Positions 36,032 through 46,972 of a stretch of 64,000 bases of DNA are shown here, piece by piece. How positions within the stretch are numbered: the first letter of the stretch is position 1; each line of letters starts with the position of its first letter. Source of the DNA: Vulcanimicrobiota bacterium (GTDB lineage Bacteria > Vulcanimicrobiota > Vulcanimicrobiia > Vulcanimicrobiales > Vulcanimicrobiaceae); NCBI GenBank assembly GCA_963714015.1, contig OY970223.1, forward strand, positions 2,048,001 to 2,112,000, read 5' to 3'. The notes under the pieces are model-generated. The model was not told where the DNA came from. It searched no databases and worked only from the letters and a program-made list of their open reading frames with translations. A program made the position numbers and the translations under genes.

Positions 36032-36334
36032 TTGGGAGAACGGTTTGGGGATGAGGAAACATGGTTGATCGCAGAGGGGGAGGCAACGAAAGCCACTCGG
36101 CGGGTACTCCCGCAAAATCTCCACGAGGTTGCTCAGACGCGGATTGGCTTTGTGCTACAGATTCGAGCGCCACAAGACTGGCGTCGTTTATCCGGGATTC
36201 AAAATGCTGCGGGGACACCTGCGCGGCCGTACCAATTCCGTATCGGCGGCGCGTATCGCGTTCGGTTCCAGTGGCAAAACGGCCGGGCCGCGAACGTCGT
36301 GGTTGGCGACTTTCACGATGAGGACGGAGGATGA
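36032..36334 (+). CDS. higB: HigB/RelE-like toxin
   Basis: F.DEET...YQFRIGGAYRVRFQW...VVVGDFH; ATGA overlap with higA. Confidence 0.7.
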   Translation: MGERFGDEETWLIAEGEATKATRRVLPQNLHEVAQTRIGFVLQIRAPQDWRRLSGIQNAAGTPARPYQFRIGGAYRVRFQWQNGRAANVVVGDFHDEDGG

Positions 36335-36657
36335 AAACTATCGCTGAAGTGACTGAAACGCTGCCGCGCAAGCGACGGCCTACACACCCGGGGACTGCAC
36401 TACGCGATATTATCGAGGAGCACGGCCTCACACAGCAGGACTTCGCCGATCGACTCGGCATCGCGCGGCACCGGTTGAACGAGATCCTGAACGGCAAGCG
36501 TAGCGTAACGCCGGACACGGCACTGCGCCTCGGGCGCGTACTCGGGACGAGTCCGGACGTATGGCTGAATATGCAGCTCGCGTGCGATGTCTGGGACGCA
36601 ATGCATGCGCCCACCGCCAAGCAGATCGCGCGCCTGAAGCCGCTCGCCATAACGTGA
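36331..36657 (+). CDS. higA: HigA antitoxin
   Basis: PTHPG...NEILNGKRSVTPDTALRL...WLNMQ. Confidence 0.9.
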   Translation: MKTIAEVTETLPRKRRPTHPGTALRDIIEEHGLTQQDFADRLGIARHRLNEILNGKRSVTPDTALRLGRVLGTSPDVWLNMQLACDVWDAMHAPTAKQIARLKPLAIT

Positions 36658-36898
36658 AGGATTACCGGCTACAACGCCCCAGGCCCCATTGCCATCCTAA
36701 ATGCAATCTAGGGCACTCGGACTGGGTACTCACTGAACGGCCGTTGAATCGAATGGGAATTGCGGAGTGGAAGCGCTGCGCTGCCAAAATGCTTTCCGAT
36801 CTGAAGCGATTCGTTGCCCTCCGCGACGACGCCCTGTTCGTTGCGGGGAACCGTTAACAATGGCTAACGGAACTTATGCGGTTTAACTGGTCCTACGG

Positions 36899-37649
36899 AT
36901 GATCGGAAAGAAACAGCCCCCCTCCGGCACGTTCGACTGGGATCGTCGCGACTATTTACGGGATAATCAGTGCTGGACAAGTGGCGACATCCTTGCCGAG
37001 GATCGCGTGCTTGCAGCATGGGGTAAGTACCGCATCGTGTACGGTCCATTCGACGTACCGCCCACGCCGAAAGCGAGGATCATTCTTTTAGGGCTGACGC
37101 CCGGCTTCGCGCAGTTAAAACTGGCAAATGAGGTGGCTCGCGATGCGACGGCGACAGGCACGGTTGACTGGTCGGACATCGGCAGCAGAATAAGAGAGCG
37201 GGCGGCCTTCGCTGGGCCGATGCGAGTAAATTTGGTTGCCATGTTGGATAAGCTCGATGTTCATCGAGAGCTAGGCCTGAATACATGCGACGAGCTTTTT
37301 TTGCCTGACGTGCAGATTGCCAGGACGACCTCGGCGCTGCGATATCCCGTCTTCATAAATGGGGACTCCAACTACCACGGTGATCGCGCCATCACTACGG
37401 CTCGGCCCTTCAAAGAGATGCTCGATCGAATCCTCGCTCCTCAGACTTGCCGCAATGCCGGATGAGATGATCGTGCCGTTTGGCCCCTGCGTGGAGTCGA
37501 CCTTGGAGTACCTTCGGGCGAGCGGGCACATCAGCGAACAGCGCGTGCTGCGTGGATTTCCGCACCCTTCCCGAGCAAACGGCCATCGCGCAAAGACGTT
37601 CGAGCGCAATTTCGCCCGTATGCGAGAGGTCGTCGCGTCATGGCGCTAG
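36899..37649 (+). CDS. Uracil-DNA glycosylase superfamily protein (indel about 37440)
   Basis: ARIILLGLTPG, AFAGPMR.NL, SALRYPVF, IVPFG, FPHPSRAN. Confidence 0.7.
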
Positions 37650-38088
37650 CGGCGCCTATCGCACGGGGAGCGTCGGAAAAGGATGGAGATTCACTTCTCG
37701 CCGACCTTATGCCGTACCCATGCCATGACCGTCAGTCCTGGCCGTATGACGGCATTTGCGCATATTCGACCCGAGCAATATACGAAGCGGCGATGCGTCC
37801 CAGCGGATTGCGGTCCTACGCGACAAGGTTGCGACGCGCCAATGCAGACTTGTTGTATGCAGCGGCAAAGCGACTGGACAATTTTCGAGCAGACTCTTCC
37901 CGTCGGTGTTTTTGCCGAATCCGTCCGCCCTTCAAGGTTGCGAGTCAGGATGAAGAAGAATGGTGCTTTCGCCGCATTTTAGCGGGCGTTACTTTAACAC
38001 GGAGCAGCAACTGAACGCTTTCGCGCGAGACGGCCTTAAGCGAAGTCAGTACGTAAGTTCTCAAAAGCCGAACCAGAGGGCGGCCGAA

Positions 38089-38853
38089 ATGGCAAACACG
38101 AACTATTATAAGACCCACGTCGAACCGTACGTTCGAGCCGAGTTGGAACGCCGGCACGGCGTCCGATTCGAGTCCAAAATATTAAGGCTCACGACGGGAG
38201 GAACGCACGAGTTCGACGCCGTTGCATTGGATGGCTCCATAGTGGCCAGCATTAAGTCGCTTTCTGGAAAGACCGCATCAGGAAAGCGACCGGCGGCGAA
38301 ATATTCGACCTGTCTCGCTGAACTGTACTTTCTCTCGCTCGTGGAATCACCGCGCCGCATCCTTGTCCTCACCACGCCGGACTGGCACACGATGTTTACG
38401 AAATACATCGAAAACCGCCTAGCCCCTGGGCTTGAAATAGAACTCATTCATCTTCCGTCGGAGATCCAACAAGAAGTCGACCGCGTGAAGGGGTTAGCCA
38501 GTAATGAGGTCTCCCTTTCATCCGTTGTCGCAGTTGCTGAAGCGATTCCGAAACCGAGGCCTCCAAGACTGTTGAAATCAGCGCGCGTCGTATCTGCCGG
38601 CCCGGCGAACGGCTGTCGCGATGAGATACTGAAGGCTGCCGCCCACCTTGGTTCGTTGGGGCAAACAGATTTCACGCCGGATGAGATAATCCGCACTCTA
38701 CGCGACCGCGGCACAAGGTACGCGGAGTCTACCATCCGCACGCACGTCGTTTCCGTCATGTGCAAAAACGCGCCCCAAAACCATTTGACTGCGTACGCGG
38801 ATCTCGAGCGGGTTGGCCACGGACGCTATAGGCTGCTTGGACACGTCGAGTAG
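38089..38853 (+). CDS. PD-(D/E)xK-like nuclease with C-terminal winged-helix domain
   Basis: E...HEFDAV...VASIK; C-terminal CRDEIL...FTPDEII...ESTIRTHV...ERVGHGRYRL. Confidence 0.6.
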   Translation: MANTNYYKTHVEPYVRAELERRHGVRFESKILRLTTGGTHEFDAVALDGSIVASIKSLSGKTASGKRPAAKYSTCLAELYFLSLVESPRRILVLTTPDWHTMFTKYIENRLAPGLEIELIHLPSEIQQEVDRVKGLASNEVSLSSVVAVAEAIPKPRPPRLLKSARVVSAGPANGCRDEILKAAAHLGSLGQTDFTPDEIIRTLRDRGTRYAESTIRTHVVSVMCKNAPQNHLTAYADLERVGHGRYRLLGHVE

Positions 38854-39028
38854 GCTAACATCTGCGACCTAAGTCGCGGCCCGTGTGCTCTCTTCATATA
38901 CACGCGGTTGCCGGCGTTCGTACCGCCCGCTGCTCTCTCGAAAAGTTAACAAACCGTCCCAGGCTGCTCACCCCGGCCGGAGCGAATAAGCGCCGCAACA
39001 AAATCACCATTGCATCAACGGAGTGGGC

Positions 39029-40867
39029 ATGGCAATCACGGCACCGCCGGCGTCTTTAGACGACGCCGTTCTTTCGCATTATCGTCTCGTCGCGCCGGTC
39101 ATGGAGGCCAATTTCGGGAATATCCCGATCGTCTGGACGACGTACTCAAGACGCGATCCACACGCCGTGGCCACGTGGCACCAGCAGTGCTTCGGCCATT
39201 ACTCGCACCTGAGCGCCGAGCATTTGCAACACCTCGTCAGCATCGGGGCGCAGGAGTTCTTCTCATGGTTTCCGATAGCGGAAGATCCCGAGCGATGCCG
39301 CTTTCTGCGGTTCTTGCTCGAAGCGCCGAATGTGCCTAAATCAATGCTCGTCGAGGCCGCGCACGCGCTGCGTCAGGAATTGCTAAGCGACGGTCGAGAG
39401 TCACTTCCGCTGCTTGCGTCCGGCGACGGTATTACGCTGTGGGTTCCTGTTGCCGATGGGCCGGACTACACACAAGCGCGCACGTATTGCCATTTGATCG
39501 CCGCGCGCCTCATCGCAAAGCATCCCAACCTGGTTTCGCTAGCGCCGAATACGCATGTCGACGGGTGCGTGCACCTGCACGTTTCCTCGAACGCGGTGGG
39601 CCGCTGCAGCATCATGCCGTATAGCATCCATCACCAAGGGCGCCACGTTGCCATGCCGCTCGAATGGGACGAAGTCTCCGAGCAAAACCTGCATACTCCA
39701 TCGATTGAGAACTTTGCAGCTCGCTTCGCCGAGCGCGGCGATCTCTTCGGTGCACAGGTCGCCGCCATAAAAGCATTGCCGCTGCCGGCGGAACCGAAGG
39801 AATCGTCAATAATGGCGGCCGGCGCCGGCTCCTCTCGTAACGCGAAAGGTGATGACATTCGTGCAGTTATCGCCGTGCTCTCTGATGGAGTTCCTAGGAC
39901 AATTCAGGAGCTCCAAAAAGAGATCGCCGCGCGCAAACTCATTAAGGCTCCGAGCCTCAACAGTCTGGCCGCGGCGCTAATCTCGTTCATTGAGCGGCTT
40001 GAGAGCAAGGGCCGCAAGCCGCCGATCATTCAGGACTTCGATAAACGCTATCGCCTGAATCAACCGCCCGACAATTGGCCGCTCCAGCCATGGACTGAGC
40101 CGACCCTGTCCGACGAAATGCAGAAGGTCGTCGATCGGTTGCGCGCGACGTCTAAGGGCGACCAGCCCACAGCCTTCGAGCAGGCGGTTTGCGACGCGCT
40201 GGCCGCGCTTAATTTCTCGGCCGTACATGTTGGCGGTAAGAAAGCGCCGGACGGATACATTGATGCTCCCCTCGGCACACTCGGTTACCGCGTAATGATT
40301 GAGTGCAAGTCTGGGGACGCTGACCATCCGAACATCTGGGAGGCGGCGAAGTTTAAGGACCAGTATGGCGCTCAATACTGCATGCTGGTCGCACCCTTTG
40401 TCGGGGACGAACGCTTCATTCGCGAGGAAAGCCAGACGCATGGGGTGAGCACTTGGAGTCTCGGCGATCTCATAACGGCGCTGACGTATGAGTTCACGCC
40501 GCTCGAGCTCGAGGCTTGCTTTGCTCCCGGTGTGGCAGCCTATGACGTTCTCACCGATCTGAAGTGGTCGCGCCGGCATGGGCAGGTTAAAGATCTAAAA
40601 ATTATGGCACAGATTATTCAATCCTCCGGCTGGGTGACGCAGCGTGCCGCGCTGGAAGCGGGAAGTTCCAAGGATGCCCCGCTGCTAACAGAAGATGCGG
40701 CTATGCTGCTCGTTGATCAATATCTCGCGGCGCAAAATTGCAAAGCGTCGTGCACCCGCGAACAGGTACGCCTGGCGTTCGAATATCTGACCAATCCGCT
40801 CGTCGGCGTCGCAGTTTGGACGGATGCGACGAAGACGGCGATCGTGGTCGTTTCGCCGCCGCAATAG
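39029..40867 (+). CDS. Fusion of degenerate LigD polymerase (AEP) domain, winged HTH and restriction-endonuclease-like domain
   Basis: N-terminus follows LigD PolDom (GAQEFFSW, HPNLVS, SNAVGRCSIMPYS, VAMPLEWDEV); C-terminus FEQAVCDAL...PDG...IECKS. Confidence 0.75.
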   Translation: MAITAPPASLDDAVLSHYRLVAPVMEANFGNIPIVWTTYSRRDPHAVATWHQQCFGHYSHLSAEHLQHLVSIGAQEFFSWFPIAEDPERCRFLRFLLEAPNVPKSMLVEAAHALRQELLSDGRESLPLLASGDGITLWVPVADGPDYTQARTYCHLIAARLIAKHPNLVSLAPNTHVDGCVHLHVSSNAVGRCSIMPYSIHHQGRHVAMPLEWDEVSEQNLHTPSIENFAARFAERGDLFGAQVAAIKALPLPAEPKESSIMAAGAGSSRNAKGDDIRAVIAVLSDGVPRTIQELQKEIAARKLIKAPSLNSLAAALISFIERLESKGRKPPIIQDFDKRYRLNQPPDNWPLQPWTEPTLSDEMQKVVDRLRATSKGDQPTAFEQAVCDALAALNFSAVHVGGKKAPDGYIDAPLGTLGYRVMIECKSGDADHPNIWEAAKFKDQYGAQYCMLVAPFVGDERFIREESQTHGVSTWSLGDLITALTYEFTPLELEACFAPGVAAYDVLTDLKWSRRHGQVKDLKIMAQIIQSSGWVTQRAALEAGSSKDAPLLTEDAAMLLVDQYLAAQNCKASCTREQVRLAFEYLTNPLVGVAVWTDATKTAIVVVSPPQ

Positions 40868-40974
40868 GTTTGGAGCACTAGCCGAATCTCAGGTCCGGTT
40901 TGTTTCGGGCAAGGCAAGGACGGTAAGGCGCAAAACCGTCTTGCCGCAGCTCGTCCATCGCGGGAACGAGCAGT

Positions 40975-41122
40975 GTGCCGAAGAAACGCGACGTGCGGCG
41001 AATGCTCCTGGCTGACGATTGGGAACACCAAGCCCGGGAAGGTCACGCTTTCGGGGAAGGATAGTCTTGAGTTACCGGACGGCACTTGGAAGAATATTCG
41101 GCGTCAGGCAGGTTGGAAATGA
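40975..41122 (+). pseudogene. hicA: HicA toxin with internal deletion
   Basis: PKKRDVRRMLLADDW joined out of frame to TKPGKVTLSG...GTWKNIRRQAGWK; GSH segment missing. Confidence 0.7.
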
Positions 41123-41331
41123 GCAAATACGCGGTGGTTATTGAGAAGTCTAGTAACGGATACGGAGCCTATGTTCCCGACCTTCCGGGTTGCGTCGCCG
41201 TTGCTGAAACCGCGGATGAGGTAGAGGATCTTATTAGGCAGAGCATTGCGCTACATTTGGCCGCCCTACGCCAAGACGGCGATCCCGTTCCGGAGCCCAC
41301 GACGCGTGTTCGCGAATTGGAAGTCGCGTAG
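41119..41331 (+). CDS. hicB: HicB antitoxin
   Basis: YAVVIEK...YGAYVPDLPGCVA...DGDPVPEP. Confidence 0.9.
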   Translation: MSKYAVVIEKSSNGYGAYVPDLPGCVAVAETADEVEDLIRQSIALHLAALRQDGDPVPEPTTRVRELEVA

Positions 41332-41534
41332 CGAAGAAGCGTCGAAAAATCGTTGCACTGCGAGGGATCTCTGCCGACGCGTCCTCGCGCAATTGAATTC
41401 ATGCGTCCGGTGCGCGGCTCGATGGCCGCTAATGTTTGCCGTCCGACGCGATCTAGGCCATTCTTACCAAAGGAGCGCCTCGGAACGCATCTAACCGTAA
41501 TCTAAAGCTTCCTGTTTTGAAGGGGTGGGCATTT

Positions 41535-43580
41535 GTGTTTGCACCGCGTCGTACGATTGTACTCTGCGTTACTTTGGGCGCGCTGGCCCTCCTAGCCGCA
41601 GGATGCTCCCACGCGGTCAGCAGCGCGCTTCCGCCCCGAACTAATTCGGTCAAGCGAGCCTCGATCGTCTATCGAGAAACGCACGCCGTCCCTCCGCGGC
41701 TCGGACAAGGCTCGCACGTAAGCGCGAACGCATCGTATCGCGGCGACGTTACGACGCTGCCGGCGAACTTGGCATTTCCGGCTGGTGTAGCCTATAACCC
41801 CGCAAGCGGTGCGCTTTACTTCATCACCGGTTCCGGCGAATATCAGCTTGTCGAGCTTGCGAAAAACGGCGCCGAAATCGTGCTCGCCTCGCTGCCGTTC
41901 CAGCCGACCGCCCTCGTCTACGACGCTGCAACGAAACTCGTCTACGTAACCTCGCCGTACAATGAATCCGGCTATCAGTACCCGTGCGTCGTCGCCGTCG
42001 ACTCAAGCGGCAATATGACCGTTCTTGCCGGCGGGACCGCAAACGGCCATACGGACGGGCAAGGTTCGGCAGCGACATTTGCGTCGTTAAATGCGATAAC
42101 GATCGACGCGAAAGATGGTGCCCTTTACGTTGCCGACAGCGATCGCATACGTCGTATAACTACTGCGGGCGCCGTTACGACATTTACACCTGCGAACTCC
42201 ATTTCGGCCAACGGCCTGGCATGGAGCAAGGTCGACGGAAACTTCTATGCGACGGATGCGCCGGAGGACGAAATCAAATCAATAACCCCGAACGCGGCTA
42301 TCAAGACGATTGCCGGCCAATGCCTCGGGGGTGGTCCCTCCTCATGTGCCGAGCTTCAGCGCGACGGGGCTGGGAAGAAGGCGCTATTCGCCGGGCCCGA
42401 AGGAATTGCCGTCTCGCCGACTACGGGCGATCTCTATGTCGCCGATTTCGGAAACAACTCGATTCGCGAAGTGACGCCGGCGGGCCTTACGTCGACACTG
42501 GCCGGCAACGGGCTGGCGGCAAACGTCGACGGCGCCGGGCTGAACGCCGAATTCGATGCTCCCTGGGCGTTGACGATGTCCGGCAATACGCTGTACGTCG
42601 CGGACTCCGACTTGAATCTGCAAAAGTCCGCCGTTCGCGAGGTAACGACGACAGGCAGCACGCCGCCTCCGCCCCCAACGCCGATTACGTATTTCGATAC
42701 GGTCACGCCCGGCGCGGAGCCGTTTGCCATCGATTCGCGCTCGACGAACGCGACCACAATGTGGTACAGCGAGTTGACGCGCCGCGTCGCGAGTCTGACT
42801 ACCGCGGGAAAGAGCACCGAATACACGACGACGTCGCAGAAACCGTCTGATACGCCGCAGGATATCGTCCTGGGCAGCGATGGCACTCCATGGTTCTATG
42901 ATGGCGCACAAGGCTTGATTCAGCATCTTGAGGCCAATGGGAGCATTCAAGGATTCAGCCTGCAATTCGAGATTTGCTGCGGTGCGCCGTTATGGCCCGA
43001 TAGCCTGACCTACGGCCCCGACGGAAACGTGTGGCTGATCGACGGCAGCGATATCGATTCCGTTACACCCTCCGGCACGGTTACCCCGGTCAAAGGGCCG
43101 TCGAGCGACTCGAGCACGATCGCTTTCGGGGGAGACGGTACCATATGGCTGTCCGGCAGCGGCTCCGAACTTACGCAAATCGATCGCACCGGCAAGGTCT
43201 TGGCAACGTATAACGTTCCGGTCAATTTCATTACGGAGGCGCCCGACGGGAACATCTTGTTCACGCAAAATGATGCCGTCGGGGAAATCGATATCAAGAC
43301 GCGGCTCGTTACCATCTACCCGATTTACGAGCAACTTCCGGGGTGCCAACCGTCCCAGTGTTCGCGCTACATCGGCACCATCACGACCGGTTCCGACGGC
43401 GCCTGGTGGTTTACGGAAGGCATCGGCTACATCGGCCGTCTCGATCCCAACGGCGGCTTCACGGAATACCAAATTTTGGCGGCTCACGCAAAGCCGTTCG
43501 ATCTCGTCTCGGGTCCGGACGGCAACCTGTGGTTCACGGATACCGGCGCGCAAAAAATCGGCAAGCTGGCGCTGCAGTAA
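41535..43580 (+). CDS. NHL-repeat plus Vgb-like double-propeller lipoprotein (copy A)
   Basis: Lipobox LAAGC; DGQGSAATF/LYVAD repeats; Pro-rich linker; GPDGNLWFT repeats. Confidence 0.88.
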   Translation: MFAPRRTIVLCVTLGALALLAAGCSHAVSSALPPRTNSVKRASIVYRETHAVPPRLGQGSHVSANASYRGDVTTLPANLAFPAGVAYNPASGALYFITGSGEYQLVELAKNGAEIVLASLPFQPTALVYDAATKLVYVTSPYNESGYQYPCVVAVDSSGNMTVLAGGTANGHTDGQGSAATFASLNAITIDAKDGALYVADSDRIRRITTAGAVTTFTPANSISANGLAWSKVDGNFYATDAPEDEIKSITPNAAIKTIAGQCLGGGPSSCAELQRDGAGKKALFAGPEGIAVSPTTGDLYVADFGNNSIREVTPAGLTSTLAGNGLAANVDGAGLNAEFDAPWALTMSGNTLYVADSDLNLQKSAVREVTTTGSTPPPPPTPITYFDTVTPGAEPFAIDSRSTNATTMWYSELTRRVASLTTAGKSTEYTTTSQKPSDTPQDIVLGSDGTPWFYDGAQGLIQHLEANGSIQGFSLQFEICCGAPLWPDSLTYGPDGNVWLIDGSDIDSVTPSGTVTPVKGPSSDSSTIAFGGDGTIWLSGSGSELTQIDRTGKVLATYNVPVNFITEAPDGNILFTQNDAVGEIDIKTRLVTIYPIYEQLPGCQPSQCSRYIGTITTGSDGAWWFTEGIGYIGRLDPNGGFTEYQILAAHAKPFDLVSGPDGNLWFTDTGAQKIGKLALQ

Positions 43581-43594
43581 GGGAGAAGAAGCTC

Positions 43595-45683
43595 GTGCTA
43601 AGATCGAGTAGCAAGAAGTTTGCGGCAGCGCTGAGTTGCATACTGATTATCGCTCTACAGGGCTGCGCGCAAAAAGTGGGAAGCGGCGTGGTGCCGGCAA
43701 TTAAAGCTCACCAACCGGCGCACGCATCCCTTGCCGTCGTCCGTCACACCGTGCACCTGGACGCGCAGCGGAACGCACTCGGCGGCACGCACGTTGGAGG
43801 GAGCGGATATCGCGGAAACGTGGTTACGCTGCCGCCATCGCTCATAAGCCCCACGGACGTAACCTACGACCCGGACGATGGAAACGTCTATGTCCTTTCA
43901 GAGATCTCCGGGCAAAACGCCTATCAGATTCTAAAGATAACACCGGCCGGCGTGGCGACCACGTTCGCGAAGCTTGGACCACTGGTATACGGCATTGTTT
44001 ACGACCATGCCACGCAGTCGTTTTACGCGACGAGTCCGTACCTGCCGCCCAACGATTATGCGGGCGTCTACGCTATCACGAGTGCGGGTAACGTGTCGAT
44101 TCTTGCGGGAGGCTCGTCGTGGGGCCAGCAAGACGGTCAAGGACAAGCGGCAAGTTTTTTGAACCCGACCGGAATCACACTCGATGGTGCTAATGGGACG
44201 CTGTACTTGGTCGACAGCGATCGAATCCGCGCGGTAACTCCGGGAGGTGCGGTCACGACGTTGACGCAGCCCGGTTCGATCGGCGGTGAAAGCAGTGATG
44301 TCCGAGCCGGCATTGTCTGGAATCCCACAGACGGCAACTTCTACGTGGCCGCCCCGGCTACCGACAGCGTTCAGCGCGTGGCCTCCACAGGAGCGGTGAG
44401 CGTATTGGCCGGGCAGTGCGTGGCCAATCAGAACCAACAGTGCGCGCCTCTGGAGCGTAATGGGCCCGGCACGAAAGCTTTGTTCGCGACGCCGACGGGC
44501 ATCACCGTAACCGCGGCCGGCAACCTTTACGTCGCCGACAGCCAGAACAATGCGATTCGCGAAGTGACGACCGCCGGCATGGTCAGCACATTGGCCGGGA
44601 GCGGAAGAACGGGATCGGTCGACGGCGCCGGCTTGAACGCCGAGTTTAGTGCGCCGACCTCTCTTACAACCGTCGGCGGAAAACTCTACGAACTCGACTC
44701 GTCTTGGAACGGTGGAGCGCTGCGTACGGTCACGACTGCCGGTTCCGCGCCGCCGCCGCCTTCTTCCTTAATCACAATGTACGAAACGGCAACGCCGGGT
44801 GCGCAGCCGTTTGCCATCGATTGGCGGGCTCCGGCGAAAACGCTGTGGTACACCGAGTTGACCGGGCGCATCGCAGCAATCACTCCCGCGGGGCAGAGCA
44901 CGGAATATCAGATAATCCCACATCCGCGGTTTTCTACGCCGACCGATATTGCACTTGACGGCAAGGGCACGCCGTGGTTTTACGATCCGCCCGACGGCGT
45001 TTTGTCGCACCGTTCGGGCGGGGGAAGGGTCACGTCGTACAAGCTCAACTATCAGTACAATCAAGGGCCGCCCTCATTACCCGATTCAGTTGCCTACGGC
45101 CCGGGCAACACGATGTGGCTGACCGAGTTCCAGCTTGCCGATTCCGTATCGTCGGAGGGCGTGCTGAGCAGACTTCACGATAAACGGCTTGTTCGGCGAC
45201 GGAAATCCAATTGCGTTTTCCGGCGACGGTTCGTTGTGGATGTACAACAATGCGTACCCCACTTCACAGATCGTCAAGATGGACACGCACGGTAACGTCC
45301 TCGACACATACGACTTCGCAGTGAAGTTCATTACCGAGGCGCCCGACGGGAACATTCTGTTCACGCAGGCCGATGCAATCGGTAAAATCAACGTCGCCAC
45401 CGGCGTTATCGATTACTATCAGATCTATCAGCCGGTTCCGGGGTGTCAGAGCTACTGCTCGCGCAACATCGGCACAATCACGGTCGGCTCGGACGGCGCA
45501 TATTGGTTCACGGAAAATGCCATCGGCTACATCGGACGCATCGATCCGAACGCGGGTTTTAGCGAATACCCAATCCTCGCGGCGCACGTCAACCCGTTCG
45601 ACATCGTCCCCGGGCCGGACGGCAATGTCTGGTTCACCGATACCGGCGCACAGAAAATCGGAAAGATCAAAGTGAAACTGTAG
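43595..45683 (+). CDS. NHL-repeat plus Vgb-like double-propeller lipoprotein (copy B; indel about 45170-45190)
   Basis: Lipobox LQGC; colinear paralog of copy A. Confidence 0.85.
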
Positions 45684-45887
45684 CAGGCCTCGGCTCCTGA
45701 AGATTCTTGCGCGCCGCAGAATTGATGTTGAGATCATTCAGCGACATGGGAAACGCGGCAAGTTGTGATCGAAGCGCGTGAGCTTTACCGCACTGCGGGG
45801 AGGGGCCTCGATAAAAATCGCTATGAGCCCGTCGGGTCTCCGAGCCGTGCCAAGCCTCTGGCGCCACGATGCGCTAGGATTTGCCCG

Positions 45888-46613
45888 TGACGTGGCTCAT
45901 TATCGCCCTTATCCTCTGGTTCGGCGGCAAGCTTCTCCTCAAGGCGACTGGCGCAGACAAGCCATACTTCCTTTGCCGCAAGTGCGTACGAATTACGCAT
46001 GGAAGCAGCAGTTGCAAGTACTGCGCCGACGCTGTTTCGCTGGTTGAGCAAGACGACCATCTCCACGTGCGCCTCGATTTTGAGTTTTCCGGTGAACGAA
46101 TCAAAATCGTTCAAACACTGGAGATGCTCTCGGCCGAGCTGAAGTGCATTGCGGATGCTTCCGAACTACCCCGGCCTGCGCCGGTTCGCGCAGTAGCCAC
46201 GCCCGATGTGAGGCAAGCACTGCTGCCGCTGATTGCGCAGCTTCTCGGGCCGGCTGGCTACCGTTTTCGAGCAGGCGCAGCAACGGTTCGAGCAATCAAG
46301 CTCGGCGACGGGATCCCCCCAAATGTTCTGCGATGCGTATCGGTATCTCTTGGGGCAGATCGTCGATGCAGAACGAGCGTTTGCGGCGGTCAATATTCCG
46401 CCGAACCTATACGCGACCGCCAAGGCTTTTCATGGTGTTCTTCAGTCAATCCGTGGGCAGCTTGCCGCATGGCCGGCGTCATTGGCGGCAGATGCCGGCG
46501 CGGTCAGGGGACAGGAGTACCATGGAGTTCTGGCCGTATCGTGCGACGTCAGCGCGTTCTATCGCGCATTAAGCGGCGAAGTTGAAATATGCCAGGCGTT
46601 GCGCACGCGATGA
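45888..46613 (+). CDS. Membrane-anchored CxxC-CxxC hypothetical protein (indel about 46240)
   Basis: N-terminal TM, CRKC...CKYC; continues in a second frame. Confidence 0.4.
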
Positions 46614-46622
46614 AGTAGCGTT

Positions 46623-46928
46623 CTAGACGCCGGTTGTTTCTCGCAGAGGTTGAATTTCACGTTCGATTTGTTTACGTAGAGTGTTCTTGGCGGAGTCCAA
46701 ATCATAACGCGTTTGGAGCGATAGCCAAATTTCCGGTCCGGTTCCAAAAAAGCGGCTCAGCCGTAGCGCCGTGTCCAGCGTAATCCCGCGCTCACCCTTG
46801 AGGATTGCTCCGACGCGCGTTGCGGGAACGTGAATTTTCATCGCTAGGGCATTGGCGCTCAACTCGAGCGGCATTAGAAAGTCTTCAGAGAGGAGCTCCC
46901 CGGGATGGACGGGGCCAAATGTTTTCAT
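46623..46928 (-). CDS. higA: HigA antitoxin
   Basis: PVHPGELL...GERGITLDTALRLSRFFGT...WLSLQ. Confidence 0.92.
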   Translation of the reverse strand: MKTFGPVHPGELLSEDFLMPLELSANALAMKIHVPATRVGAILKGERGITLDTALRLSRFFGTGPEIWLSLQTRYDLDSAKNTLRKQIEREIQPLRETTGV

Positions 46929-46972
46929 TATGTGTGCGGTTTCCAGCTAGTTCTAAAGACAACAAAGTCACA

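Noticed and set aside
38854..38950. Integron attC site (GCTAAC...GTTAAC)
   Set aside because: Internal complementarity is weak, the pattern does not recur after other genes, and there is no intI.
40915..40971. Two hairpins upstream of hicA as an ncRNA
   Set aside because: Short and GC-rich with no family features; could be a terminator or chance.
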